Assembly (NCBI GenBank): GCA_913058275.1
Contig: CAJXQP010000001.1
Coordinates: forward strand, 4,901-68,900
Length of the DNA: 64,000 nt
DNA from: an uncultured Gammaproteobacteria bacterium
GTDB lineage: Bacteria > Pseudomonadota > Gammaproteobacteria > Pseudomonadales > Pseudohongiellaceae
Direction: 5' to 3'
A program made the translations under genes and the position numbers. Below the pieces are notes generated by a model. It had not been told where the DNA came from, did not search any database, and saw only the letters and a list, made by a program, of their open reading frames with translations. Position 1 is the first letter of the stretch. Each line of letters begins with the position of its first letter. Below are positions 1 through 9,875 of the stretch, piece by piece.

Positions 1-1
1 A

Positions 2-655
2 ATCATCGGCCGGTACGACATGTTAGACATGGAGAAAATTCTGCAGCTGCAGCCCGACTTAGTCGTTGCCTGGCAGACAGGAAATCCGCGCGCCGCTGTC
101 AATCGACTCCGCGAGTTGGGTCTTACGGTCTACATCGCGGAGCCTAAAAGGCTAGAGTCGATCCCTAGCCATATTCGAAGACTGGCAACATTGGCTGGTA
201 CCGAAACTCTCGCGGCAAAGGTAATCGAAGAGTTCGACACCAATCTGGCGACTCTTTCGGAAAAGTATAGAACTAAGACGCCTGTTAGAACTTTCTACCA
301 AGTATGGGATAAGCCATTGATCAGTGCCGGTGGCAACGAGCTTATCAATGACATTATCGAGTTATGTGGCGGTGTGAATATATTCGCCGACATCGAACTA
401 GTGGCGCCGAAGGTAAGTGTGGAGTCTGTGTTGATTAGAAACCCGCAGGCGGTCGTAGCCAGCGGTATGGACATCGAACGCCCTGAATGGTTAGACGAGT
501 GGCTCAAGTGGGAACAGCTCAGCGCCGTTAGCACCAACTCGCTATTCTTCGTGCCACCCGAACTGTTGCAGCGACATACGCCGCGCGCATTAATAGGTGC
601 GCAGCGCATGTGTGAACAGATTGATATGACTAGAGAGAAATCAGGAAATAACTAA
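2..655 (+). CDS. btuF: Periplasmic cobalamin-binding protein BtuF, C-terminal part (5' end outside window)
   Basis: The frame is open from the window edge. The translation (LQPDLVVAWQTGNP ... CGGVNIF ... PRALIGAQRMCEQI) is colinear with E. coli BtuF as I recall it. Confidence 0.75.
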   Translation: MIGRYDMLDMEKILQLQPDLVVAWQTGNPRAAVNRLRELGLTVYIAEPKRLESIPSHIRRLATLAGTETLAAKVIEEFDTNLATLSEKYRTKTPVRTFYQVWDKPLISAGGNELINDIIELCGGVNIFADIELVAPKVSVESVLIRNPQAVVASGMDIERPEWLDEWLKWEQLSAVSTNSLFFVPPELLQRHTPRALIGAQRMCEQIDMTREKSGNN

Positions 656-1320
656 CCGGCCTCATACTCCGCCGCATTGTGAAATAGCAGGCTCGCGCCG
701 ACTCCCGATCCTTCTTCAGAGACAGCTGCAACTGAAAGAGCAATCCGGCTGAATGATGCAAAGGGTATATGCAATGGATAGCTGCGATTGAGCGGCATAC
801 CCAGCACGGCAGGGAGTACAACACGCAGCACACCCCCGTGTGTTACGACTAATACATGACTCCCATCAGGAAGAGCGGCCAGTTCACTCCACGCCTGAAG
901 CACTCGGTCCTTGAATGAAAGAAACGCCTCTCCATTGGGGGGATGCAACTTAGACACGTCCTTGCGAAACTCTTTGAACTGTGGACCCGCCACTTCTCTC
1001 CAGTCTTTGAGCAACATGCCATCCCAATCACCATAATCTATTTCCTGCCACTGCTTGGCTACACGCAATTCAAGTGTAGTAACGTCCGCGAGATGCTCGG
1101 CGAAAACTCGGCAGCGCTGCAGTGGTGAGGATATTAGATGGGTCCAGTTCGGCGTCGAAGGGGACAATTTCCGCTGCCTGGTCAGTGCAGTGGCTTTTTG
1201 CATTTGCAACCAACCCAATTCACTCAACGGGTGGTCGATTCTGCCTCGAAGCACGTCACCACCGACCGGCTCTCCATGACGGAGAAAATCAACAGTGATC
1301 TTTTTTTTCGAGGGAGGCAC
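652..1320 (-). CDS. Histidine phosphatase family protein (phosphoglycerate-mutase fold; possibly alpha-ribazole phosphatase CobC-like)
   Basis: RHGE motif near the N-terminus (DFLRHGEPVGG) and a second His motif (VVTHGGVLR). It converges on btuF with a 4-bp overlap of the stop codons. Confidence 0.7.
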   Translation of the reverse strand: MPPSKKKITVDFLRHGEPVGGDVLRGRIDHPLSELGWLQMQKATALTRQRKLSPSTPNWTHLISSPLQRCRVFAEHLADVTTLELRVAKQWQEIDYGDWDGMLLKDWREVAGPQFKEFRKDVSKLHPPNGEAFLSFKDRVLQAWSELAALPDGSHVLVVTHGGVLRVVLPAVLGMPLNRSYPLHIPFASFSRIALSVAAVSEEGSGVGASLLFHNAAEYEAG

Positions 1321-1323
1321 GGG

Positions 1324-1938
1324 CTAGGCAGGCTTGTTGTGACCTAATTTGTCGAACTTCACGGCCAAGTAACTCTCGTTATGAGGGTTAGCGCCAGTGT
1401 GTATTGGAACGGTCTCGGTGACATCGATACCCATCTCGGTAAGAGCATCTACCTTTCTGGGATTATTCGTCATGATTCGCAGACTCGAAATGTCGAAATG
1501 ATCCAACATGGGCTTGCAGATTTCATACCCTCGGCTATCAGCCTCGAAGCCCAGCTGAACATTCGCCTCTACCGTATCAGCCCCGGCATCTTGCAACGCA
1601 TAGGCTTTAATCTTGTTCAGCAAACCGATGCCACGCCCTTCCTGGCGCAAATAAAGGATAATGCCCCTGCCTTCGGTTGCTACTTTTTCCATCGCGTATT
1701 GCAGCTGCGGACCGCAATCACAGCGTAGACTGAACAGACAGTCGCCGGTCAAACATTCAGAGTGAACTCGGCACAGCACCGGCTGGTCTGAACTTAGATC
1801 ACCGAAGGCCAAAGCCACATGTTCTTTGCCGTCAGACTGGTCTTCGAAGCCATGAATTGTGAATTCCCCCCACTGAGTGGGCAAAATTGCCGATGCTACA
1901 AATGAAACTGTCAAAAAAAATTCCTCTAATTCCGTCAA
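1324..1938 (-). CDS. ribA: GTP cyclohydrolase II
   Basis: [10 protein letters not shown]...SLRCDCG zinc/catalytic cysteine motif and the [14 protein letters not shown] motif. 204 aa. Confidence 0.9.
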   Translation of the reverse strand: MTELEEFFLTVSFVASAILPTQWGEFTIHGFEDQSDGKEHVALAFGDLSSDQPVLCRVHSECLTGDCLFSLRCDCGPQLQYAMEKVATEGRGIILYLRQEGRGIGLLNKIKAYALQDAGADTVEANVQLGFEADSRGYEICKPMLDHFDISSLRIMTNNPRKVDALTEMGIDVTETVPIHTGANPHNESYLAVKFDKLGHNKPA

Positions 1939-1941
1939 GCC

Positions 1942-2421
1942 TTAGCCTATTAGCACAACCAGGGCCTGCATACACAGAGCGGCCATTATACCCGCTAATA
2001 CATCATCAAGCATGATTCCAAGCCCCCCAGCTAACTCTTTATCTGCCCATTTAATGGGCCAGGGCTTAAAAATATCCAGCAGGCGAAACAAGACAAAGCC
2101 CAGAAGCACCCAAAATAGGCCGCTTGGCGCCATAAACATGGTAACCCAATAGCCCACAAACTCGTCCCAGACTATGCCGCCATGATCATGAACACCCAGA
2201 TCTTCTGACGTCTTACCGCAAATCCAGATGCCAAAAACGAAACTAAGCAGTATCAATCCAGCATAGATGACTGGCTGCATACTCGGCAGCACAAGATAGA
2301 TAAGCACTGCAACGACGGTACCCACAGTGCCTGGAGCTTTAGGGGAAAGACCCGCCCCGAAGCCAAAGGCCAACAGGTGTATCGGGTTAGCTAATATCGC
2401 TTTGTTTGAGTTCATAGTCAC
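1942..2421 (-). CDS. pgpA: Phosphatidylglycerophosphatase A
   Basis: 159-aa membrane protein with GTVGT and WDEFVG motifs. It sits in the conserved position after thiL. Confidence 0.85.
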   Translation of the reverse strand: MTMNSNKAILANPIHLLAFGFGAGLSPKAPGTVGTVVAVLIYLVLPSMQPVIYAGLILLSFVFGIWICGKTSEDLGVHDHGGIVWDEFVGYWVTMFMAPSGLFWVLLGFVLFRLLDIFKPWPIKWADKELAGGLGIMLDDVLAGIMAALCMQALVVLIG

Positions 2422-2441
2422 TCTAGTCTACTACCATGAGT

Positions 2442-3470
2442 TTAAGCCGTGGCACTGAAATGTTGAAAAGCCTGAGCGTTGAGCTCGACTGGGGAGCCAT
2501 CCGCGTCTAAATACTCGATTCCCTTACCCGCTTTGATGTCGCCAATACAGGTAACACTGACCCCTAAATCGTTAGCGATAGAATCCAGCTCGGCACAGTC
2601 TTTTTCGGCGACAGTGAAGCATAACTCATAGTCATCGCCGCCAAATAGGGCCGCTAGCAATCTATTCTCTGGGCTAACGCAACACAGGGCAGATTTGGAA
2701 TAGGGTATCGCTTCCAATCTAATGTTGCCGGCCACTTCGCTCTGATCGAGGATATGTTGCAGATCTCCCTGCAGTCCGTCGGATATATCGATAGCGCTTG
2801 AAAATAATTTCCCGGCTGCTGAAGAAAGCCCAATCTGTGGCTGCGGTTTGAAGTAGGCGTCCTCAAAGAACTGCCTACATTCCGAACTAGGCTCGCTAAC
2901 GGCGAAGGTAAATTCACTGCCCAGATGTGAGTCTAAGCCCAAAGCAAGCAGTGCTATGGCACCATCACCGAGCTCGCCGCTGACGTAAATTCTGTCGCCC
3001 ACATTTGCACCACTTCTTCGAGTTGCTCGCTTTTTTTCTACTAAACCTTGTACTTGAATACTAATACTCATTGGGCCTGAGCTCGTATCGCCACCGACCA
3101 AAGGACAATTGTATTGTCTTGCTAGATGTTCGAGGCCGCCACTAAAGCTGGCTAGCCACTTTTCATCGCTATGTGGGAGGACTAATCCTAGCGTAAAGCA
3201 GTAAGGCTCCGCACCCATGGCCGCGAGATCACTTAAGTTTACCGCGAGCGCCCGATTGGCAATCAAGGAAGGATCGGCGCCTAGTGGAAAGTGTATACCG
3301 GATATCAGCACATCCATCGACATCGCCAAATGCTTGTCCGGTGGAACCTCGATGAGAGCGGCATCATCGCCGATGCCTAATTCGATTCCTTCACGCGGGA
3401 AAGATAGATTGGGTGTCACGAGAAAGCGACGAATGATTTCAAATTCTGAATGGCTGCTTGGCTTTTGCAT
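2442..3470 (-). CDS. thiL: Thiamine-monophosphate kinase
   Basis: AIR-synthase-like fold motifs (GIGDDAA, DISDGL) in the conserved nusB-thiL-pgpA order. Confidence 0.85.
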   Translation of the reverse strand: MQKPSSHSEFEIIRRFLVTPNLSFPREGIELGIGDDAALIEVPPDKHLAMSMDVLISGIHFPLGADPSLIANRALAVNLSDLAAMGAEPYCFTLGLVLPHSDEKWLASFSGGLEHLARQYNCPLVGGDTSSGPMSISIQVQGLVEKKRATRRSGANVGDRIYVSGELGDGAIALLALGLDSHLGSEFTFAVSEPSSECRQFFEDAYFKPQPQIGLSSAAGKLFSSAIDISDGLQGDLQHILDQSEVAGNIRLEAIPYSKSALCCVSPENRLLAALFGGDDYELCFTVAEKDCAELDSIANDLGVSVTCIGDIKAGKGIEYLDADGSPVELNAQAFQHFSATA

Positions 3471-3542
3471 GACGTCCAGTACCGGCGCTTAATCTACAAC
3501 CGCCATGAATGAGAAGACGATCGCTTCTAAATGAAATACTAG

Positions 3543-4046
3543 CTACTTCTTAGCTGCCAATTCCACGGGGCGAAGAGTCTTAGCTAATTTATCCAATACA
3601 CCATTGATGTATTTATGCCCGTCAGTCGCGCCAAAGGTTTTAGCCAACTCAACACACTCATTGATAACCACACGATAAGGAATATCTATGCGATTCGCCA
3701 ATTCGAATGTACCAAGATACAACAGTGCTCTTTCTACCGGGTCCAATGATTTCAACTCACGGTCCAACAAGGGAGCAATGCGTTTATCTAGGGCTTCCTG
3801 CTGCTTGGGAATCTCCAGAAAGACTTCCGAGAAATATTCCCAATCAATCTTGCCGCCGTTCTGCTCATGAAATTGTGCTTCGATCTCCAGAGGCTCGGAT
3901 TTGCTGATATGCCACTGATAGAGGGCCTGCACGATTAGTGTGCGGGCCTTTCGCCGCTGCGCTAGTGGAATCTTAACCTTAGTTTGCGGCTTCTTCTTTT
4001 TGGGGGCCGAAGGTTTCGCTTTCGATTCGGCCTTAGTGGGCGCCAC
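3543..4046 (-). CDS. nusB: Transcription antitermination factor NusB with a Lys-rich N-terminal extension
   Basis: RRKARTLIVQALYQW core motif. The GTG start directly abuts the ribH TAA stop (TAAGTG). No alternative start codon exists before the conserved core. Confidence 0.85.
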   Translation of the reverse strand: MAPTKAESKAKPSAPKKKKPQTKVKIPLAQRRKARTLIVQALYQWHISKSEPLEIEAQFHEQNGGKIDWEYFSEVFLEIPKQQEALDKRIAPLLDRELKSLDPVERALLYLGTFELANRIDIPYRVVINECVELAKTFGATDGHKYINGVLDKLAKTLRPVELAAKK

Positions 4047-4520
4047 TTATTTCTCCAGCTGCCTTAGAAGACTAACCATCTCTACTGCAGTAATTGCAGC
4101 CTCAGCGCCTTTGTTGCCCGCTTTCGTACCGGCACGTTCTATCGCCTGCTCAATACTGTCAACTGTAAGCACCCCAAATGCTACCGGCTTGCCGCTGTCG
4201 AGACTAACCTGACTCAAACCTTTCACACATTCACCAGCCACGTATTCGAAGTGCGGAGTACCGCCACGAATTACCGCACCCAGAGCGATCACGGCATCGC
4301 AATCTTCGCCGCTTGCTATTTTCTTCACGGCCAATGGTAATTCGAAAGCACCCGGCACCTTAACAATGCTGATGTCTTTGTCCATGACACCGTGCTTGCG
4401 CAGCACATCTATAGCGCCTTCGAGCAGATGATCCACGATGAAGCTATTGAATCGCGCCACAGCAATAACGTATCTCGCTACCGCGTTGTTGTAATTACCT
4501 TCTATTGTCTTTATACCCAT
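4047..4520 (-). CDS. ribH: 6,7-dimethyl-8-ribityllumazine synthase
   Basis: 157 aa with VPGAFELP and GTPHFEYV motifs. Confidence 0.9.
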   Translation of the reverse strand: MGIKTIEGNYNNAVARYVIAVARFNSFIVDHLLEGAIDVLRKHGVMDKDISIVKVPGAFELPLAVKKIASGEDCDAVIALGAVIRGGTPHFEYVAGECVKGLSQVSLDSGKPVAFGVLTVDSIEQAIERAGTKAGNKGAEAAITAVEMVSLLRQLEK

Positions 4521-4579
4521 TGTCTTTTCCTACACTCTTTTTCTATGACTCATTCCGGCGTGAAACTTTCTCGCCGCGT

Positions 4580-5692
4580 CTATTTCTCGAATTCAACGAA
4601 CTCAACTACTTCTAGATCAAATCCTGAGATCGCATTAAATTTCGCTGGGAAGCTCAACAAACGCATCTTGCTGACGCCCAGATCCCTAAGTATCTGCGAG
4701 CCAGTCCCGATGGTGAGATCGCTACCGCTGCGATTAGTCGAAGCGCGCTCAGACCCATCGTTCAAAACATTTGCAATATTCTGCCCAAGATCTTGACCAT
4801 AATCTTCGCCGGATAATAACACAGCCACACCCCTACCCTCTTCGGCGATTTTCTTCAAGGCATCGCTGAAAGACCAGCTGGTGCGGCTAGAATTGTGCAC
4901 ATCACAGATGTCGCGCAGCGTATTTGGTATATGGACTCGTACCAACTGAGGATCATCAGAGTCGATTGTTCCCATAGTAAAGGCTAGATGCAGGCTGCCA
5001 CTAATAGAGTCCTTGTAAGAGTGCACGTCGAATTCGCCGTACTTCGTCTCCATCTTGTTGCTGGAAACCTTGGTAACAGTATGTTCGTTCGCAATTCGAT
5101 AATGGATAAGGTCGACGATAGTGCCAATCTTGATGCCATGTTTCTCTGCGAATTTCTCAAGATCTGGACGCCTCGCCATCGAGCCGTCTTCATTCATGAT
5201 TTCAACGATTGCGGCGGCCGGTGAATACCCAGCCAGCCTGGTAAGGTCGCATCCAGCTTCAGTATGACCTGCTCTGCGCAGTACGCCGCCAGGCTGCGCC
5301 ATAATTGGGAATATATGTCCTGGTTGCACAATATCTGCAGCGACACTGTCGCGTCCAACGGCTGCTTGAATAGTGCGGGCTCTATCGCCTGCAGAAATTC
5401 CCGTGGTTACTCCGGTAGCCGCCTCGATAGAGACAGTGAAGTTTGTGTTATAGGGAGTATTGTTCTCATTCACCATTAGAGGCAGCTTCAGATGCTCGCA
5501 GCGCTCATGAGTGAGAGTAAGGCAGATTAAGCCGCGCGCATTGGTCGCCATGAAGTTAATGTCTTCAGTACGCACTCGCTCGGCAGCAATAATGAGATCA
5601 CCTTCGTTCTCTCTATCTTCATCGTCCATCAATATCACCATCTTTCCCTGGCGAATATCGTCGATGATCTCTTCTATAGAATTCAACTTCAT
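4580..5692 (-). CDS. ribB: 3,4-dihydroxy-2-butanone-4-phosphate synthase fused to a degenerate GTP-cyclohydrolase-II-like domain (RibBX type)
   Basis: The N-terminal half has DHBP synthase motifs ([15 protein letters not shown]). The C-terminal half aligns with GCH II but lacks the Cys cluster that ribA has ([15 protein letters not shown] instead of [10 protein letters not shown]...CDCG). Confidence 0.85.
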   Translation of the reverse strand: MKLNSIEEIIDDIRQGKMVILMDDEDRENEGDLIIAAERVRTEDINFMATNARGLICLTLTHERCEHLKLPLMVNENNTPYNTNFTVSIEAATGVTTGISAGDRARTIQAAVGRDSVAADIVQPGHIFPIMAQPGGVLRRAGHTEAGCDLTRLAGYSPAAAIVEIMNEDGSMARRPDLEKFAEKHGIKIGTIVDLIHYRIANEHTVTKVSSNKMETKYGEFDVHSYKDSISGSLHLAFTMGTIDSDDPQLVRVHIPNTLRDICDVHNSSRTSWSFSDALKKIAEEGRGVAVLLSGEDYGQDLGQNIANVLNDGSERASTNRSGSDLTIGTGSQILRDLGVSKMRLLSFPAKFNAISGFDLEVVEFVEFEK

Positions 5693-5751
5693 AATTTCTT
5701 CAAACTCATTTTAAATTGTGTAAAAAAAACAATCTTTGCCTTGCGCCTGTT

Positions 5752-6411
5752 TTAGCCAAAGCCATGTTCTGCCAAAAATTCTTTACTCACACCTTCTTCA
5801 CTGGCATCAGACCCCTGCAACAGTCTCTCGAGATAACGAGCGATAAGATCAACTTCCAGATTCACGCTCTGACCCACTTTGTAGTCGCCAATTATCGTTT
5901 CTGTCTGAGTGTGAGGAATAACGTTGACGGTGAATTTTTGACCACTTACTTCATTCACAGTCAGACTAGTGCCATCGATACAGATAGAACCCTTGCCGGC
6001 GATATACTTCGCTATTTCTTTTGGAGCTTCATAGACTAAACGCCTGCTTGCACCGTCTGCGGACGATTCAATTAAACTGCCCACACCATCCACATGACCG
6101 CTAACTATGTGGCCGCCGAGACGGCCACTAGCTAGCATGGCCTTCTCTAAATTTACGGGCGTGCCGTCCTTGAATTCCCCGAGAGCAGTACAGCGCATGG
6201 ATTCGTTAGAAACATCAGCACCGAAGAAGTTTTCCTGTAACTCGACAACTGTTAGACAGCAGCCATTCACGGCGATACTGTCACCGAGAACAACATCGCT
6301 TAGATCGAGTTTCCCACTATCTACGGTGAGACGCCAGTCAGTACCTAACTGTTGTAATTTGGCTACTGAGCCAATCGCCTCAATAATTCCGGTAAACATT
6401 ATATTCTTCAC
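5752..6411 (-). CDS. ribE: Riboflavin synthase (alpha chain)
   Basis: MFTGIIE start and an internal duplicated lumazine-binding repeat (GDSIAVNGCCLTV / GSICIDGTSLTV). Confidence 0.9.
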   Translation of the reverse strand: MKNIMFTGIIEAIGSVAKLQQLGTDWRLTVDSGKLDLSDVVLGDSIAVNGCCLTVVELQENFFGADVSNESMRCTALGEFKDGTPVNLEKAMLASGRLGGHIVSGHVDGVGSLIESSADGASRRLVYEAPKEIAKYIAGKGSICIDGTSLTVNEVSGQKFTVNVIPHTQTETIIGDYKVGQSVNLEVDLIARYLERLLQGSDASEEGVSKEFLAEHGFG

Positions 6412-6442
6412 TTATACGAATTAGTTTTCTGGGGGCTTAAAT

Positions 6443-7609
6443 TCAGACCGGCTTCAGTACGACGCGAATATCGCAATCTATCTGCTGCAGATCGGTAATC
6501 TCAAAATTCAAGCTATCCGACATTGACTCTATGCCCGCTATATTAAGCAAAGAGCGGGCATCGCTACCAAGTAGTTTTGGCGCAATATAGACGATTAATT
6601 CATCTACCAAGCCCGCCTTTATAAACGCTGTACTTAGCGTGGCGCCCGCCTCTACCAGCACTTCGGTACAGGCAAAATCGGAGGCCAGCGATTCTAGCAC
6701 ACTATGCAGACTTACTCTCTTGCCACTCGCCGCTGCTTGTACGTATTCCACATTCGATGCAAGGTTTTTAGCTGTGCCAGGCGTGTCGATGGAGAATACC
6801 TTTACCTCACCCGGCAATGAGAGGATTTTGGCTTCAGTGGGAGTACGCAGATGACTGTCGAGAATTACTCGTAGAGGTTGTTTTGAAAGAGCTTTCTCGT
6901 TACGAGCGAGGTCCTCTTGAGCAAGATTTAGATCACCGATGCGGACATTCAGAGAGGGGTCGTCGGCTAATACGGTTTCTATTCCTGTAATCACCGCACT
7001 ACTTTCTGCCCGCAGCCTCTGCACATCACTTCGTGATTGCTGCCCGCTTATCCACTTGCTCTCGCCATTCGCCAGAGCGGTTCGGCCATCCAAACTCATA
7101 GCTAGCTTACAGCGAACATAAGGAATGCCCTGCTCTCGTCTCTTGAAATAACCGGGAGTTACTGCGCGCGCCAAGGAATCGAAATCGGTTAGTTGGGTTA
7201 CGGGGATCCCAGCAGCAATTAGTTTCTCAACGCCTTTACCGGCAACCTCCACATTTGGGTCGATACAGGCGATTACAACTTGCGAGACTCCTGCCTTGAT
7301 CAACGCGTCGCTACAAGGGCCCGTGCGACCTGTATGGGAGCAGGGCTCTAAACTAACGAAGGCGATCGAAGATTTTGCCCTATCACCTGCCTGCTCCAAT
7401 GCCATCACTTCGGCATGGGCTTCACCTAGAGCCACGTGCCAACCTTCGCCTACGATCTCTTGATTAATAACAAGAACGCAACCAACTCTAGGGTTCGGCG
7501 ACGTATTGATGGCATTGCCGGCCAGATCTATTGCTCTGCGCATATAGACTGGCCAGTCAAGAATTTCTGGTTGTAGTTTATCGTTGCTGATTTTTTTCAT
7601 GGTTTTCAT
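6443..7609 (-). CDS. ribD: Bifunctional diaminohydroxyphosphoribosylaminopyrimidine deaminase / 5-amino-6-(5-phosphoribosylamino)uracil reductase
   Basis: Deaminase zinc motif HAEVMAL...PCSHTGRTGPC followed by a reductase domain. 388 aa. Confidence 0.9.
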   Translation of the reverse strand: MKTMKKISNDKLQPEILDWPVYMRRAIDLAGNAINTSPNPRVGCVLVINQEIVGEGWHVALGEAHAEVMALEQAGDRAKSSIAFVSLEPCSHTGRTGPCSDALIKAGVSQVVIACIDPNVEVAGKGVEKLIAAGIPVTQLTDFDSLARAVTPGYFKRREQGIPYVRCKLAMSLDGRTALANGESKWISGQQSRSDVQRLRAESSAVITGIETVLADDPSLNVRIGDLNLAQEDLARNEKALSKQPLRVILDSHLRTPTEAKILSLPGEVKVFSIDTPGTAKNLASNVEYVQAAASGKRVSLHSVLESLASDFACTEVLVEAGATLSTAFIKAGLVDELIVYIAPKLLGSDARSLLNIAGIESMSDSLNFEITDLQQIDCDIRVVLKPV

Positions 7610-7699
7610 GAACGAGGCTTTGTTTTACAGAAACCGGGTTTTTCGAGAAAGCGGCTTTGAGGCAGCCGCCAATACCGAGACTGGAAAAATGCTCTGAAC

Positions 7700-8161
7700 T
7701 TACTTGGAGTTGTCTTCGGAGAGGCGGTCAATTTCCGCTCGAAATTCATCAAGGTCTTTGAAGCTTCGGTAGACCGAGGCAAATCTAACGAAGGCCACTT
7801 CATCTAGAACGCGAAGCTCTTTCATCACCTGCTCGCCGACCGCTCTAGATTGTATCTCTCGTTCTCCGCTAGAGCGTAGACTTGCCTTAATGCGCGTAAT
7901 CGCCTCTTCCACCTTCTCGATACTTACTGGACGCTTCTCCAACGCCTTGGTTAGGCCTGCCATCAACTTGTCTTCGTTGAACGGTTCTCGTATGCCATCC
8001 GTCTTGATGATTCTCGGCATCACTAATTCGGCAGATTCGTAGGTGGTAAATCTCTCTTCGCAGGTGATGCACTCGCGTCTACGGCGGACGTTATTGCCCT
8101 CGGCCACTAACCGAGAATCTATTACTTTGGTATCAATCGCGCCACAAAAAGGACAATGCAT
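7700..8161 (-). CDS. nrdR: Transcriptional repressor NrdR
   Basis: Zinc ribbon MHCPFC...CITC followed by an ATP-cone. 153 aa. Confidence 0.9.
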   Translation of the reverse strand: MHCPFCGAIDTKVIDSRLVAEGNNVRRRRECITCEERFTTYESAELVMPRIIKTDGIREPFNEDKLMAGLTKALEKRPVSIEKVEEAITRIKASLRSSGEREIQSRAVGEQVMKELRVLDEVAFVRFASVYRSFKDLDEFRAEIDRLSEDNSK

Positions 8162-8251
8162 AAAAACTACTCATTCAACTAATATTCTAATAATGTAGTA
8201 AGGGACTATTTCGATCGACTCGTCTAAGGAGTCAGCTATCACTCACTACGT

Positions 8252-9505
8252 TTACTGATACACAGGAAAGCGTGCGCAGAGCTCAATTACCTTCTGCTTT
8301 ACTTCGGCTATCACCGCTTCATTTTCGATATCATCGAGAATATCACACATCCAAGCAGTTAGATCGGCAACCTCAGCCTCACCGAACCCTCGCGTGGTGA
8401 TTGCAGGCGAGCCTAGGCGCAGGCCGCTTGTTACGAATGGCGACCTCGGGTCGTTTGGAACGGCGTTCTTGTTGACCGTAATATTCGCTCGTCCCAAAGC
8501 CGCATCGGCATCTTTACCAGTAACATCTTGTTTGATTAAGCTGAGAAGAAATAGATGGTCGTCCGTACCGCCGGACACAATATCGAAGCCTCTATCGATA
8601 AATCCCTTCGCCATAGTTCTTGCGTTAGCGACTACCTGCGCCTGATACGTCTTGAAGTCTTCACTCATTGCCTCTTTGAAGCACACCGCCTTCGCTGCAA
8701 TAACATGCATCAATGGCCCGCCCTGACTCTCTGGGAAGACCGCAAAGTTAAACTTCTTCTCCAGATCAGGATTCGCTTTAGCGAGAATGATTCCACCGCG
8801 TGGCCCGCGCAGGGTCTTATGGGTAGTAGACGTAGTGACATCGGCGATGTTTACCGGGCTTGGATAGACGCCGGCAGCGATCAATCCCGCCACGTGAGCC
8901 ATGTCGACCATTAAATAGGCGCCAATGCTGTCCGCAATATCGCGGAATTTCTGCCAGTCGACGACACGAGAGTAAGCGGAGAAACCCGCCACAATCATCT
9001 TCGGCTTATGTTCCTGAGCCAGTGCATTTACCTGCTCGTAGTCGATCTCGCCGGTTTCGCTATGCAGGCCATATTGCACAGCATTGTAGATTCTTCCCGA
9101 GAAGCTCACGCTGGCACCATGAGTAAGGTGGCCACCATCTGCCAAGCTCATGCCCAATACAGTTTCGCCAGGCTTCAGCAGCGCCATGTACACAGCTGCA
9201 TTTGCCTGCGAGCCTGAGTGTGGTTGTACGTTTGCATAATCTGCCCCGAACAATTCCTTCGCTCTATGAATAGCCAAGTTCTCAATAATATCAACGTGCT
9301 CACAACCACCGTAGTAACGCTTGCCGGGGTAACCCTCGGCATACTTATTGGTAAGCACTGAACCCTGCGCCTCCATAACCAGCGGGCTCGTGTGATTCTC
9401 GGACGCAATTAGCTCGATGTGTTGCTCTTGGCGAGTTCTCTCTTTTTCAATGGCCGCGCTAATTTCTGGGTCAAATTCTGAAAGACTAGTGTCGCTCTTA
9501 AACAT
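8252..9505 (-). CDS. glyA: Serine hydroxymethyltransferase
   Basis: 417 aa with the [18 protein letters not shown]-lysine motif. Confidence 0.95.
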   Translation of the reverse strand: MFKSDTSLSEFDPEISAAIEKERTRQEQHIELIASENHTSPLVMEAQGSVLTNKYAEGYPGKRYYGGCEHVDIIENLAIHRAKELFGADYANVQPHSGSQANAAVYMALLKPGETVLGMSLADGGHLTHGASVSFSGRIYNAVQYGLHSETGEIDYEQVNALAQEHKPKMIVAGFSAYSRVVDWQKFRDIADSIGAYLMVDMAHVAGLIAAGVYPSPVNIADVTTSTTHKTLRGPRGGIILAKANPDLEKKFNFAVFPESQGGPLMHVIAAKAVCFKEAMSEDFKTYQAQVVANARTMAKGFIDRGFDIVSGGTDDHLFLLSLIKQDVTGKDADAALGRANITVNKNAVPNDPRSPFVTSGLRLGSPAITTRGFGEAEVADLTAWMCDILDDIENEAVIAEVKQKVIELCARFPVYQ

Positions 9506-9875
9506 CTGCTACTCCGAAGGGTTACTGATAATAAGGGTTATGCTTAAATGTGGATTCTTGCCCCGGTTTGCGCCAGATTCGCTTTCGCGGTTTTGCTCAC
9601 AGATCAGGATTTTTGAAGGCGCTATTCTACATGATGAGCTTTCTTTGAGCATTAATATTCTTAGTATTCTGACTGTATTGAGGTACGTGAATGGGCAGAA
9701 CAGTGCACTATTGTTGTGCCATAATAACGACTGATCAGGGCAAGCAGTGTTGCAGCCTCGCCAGCAGTAAAATTGAGTCCGCAGACGATATCCGCGTCAG
9801 CCTCAATCCGCTGCATTGAAGGCATAATTTACAGAAACGTTAAATTTACGACCGTTATTCTTAGGAAACAGCTCA

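Noticed and set aside
5693-5751. I looked for an FMN riboswitch in the rib cluster, upstream of ribB, ribH and ribA.
   Set aside because: The intergenic gaps in the cluster are only about 30-90 bp, too short for an RFN element, and none shows its conserved core.
9506-9875. The 370-bp glyA/ettA intergenic region. The glyA leader contains CTGGCG...ACCGGGG, which is faintly reminiscent of a ZTP (pfl) riboswitch.
   Set aside because: I could not find the 3' CCGCCTGGGC-type pseudoknot partner or a convincing P1/P2 architecture. It is probably just promoter and leader sequence. A covariance-model scan would settle it.
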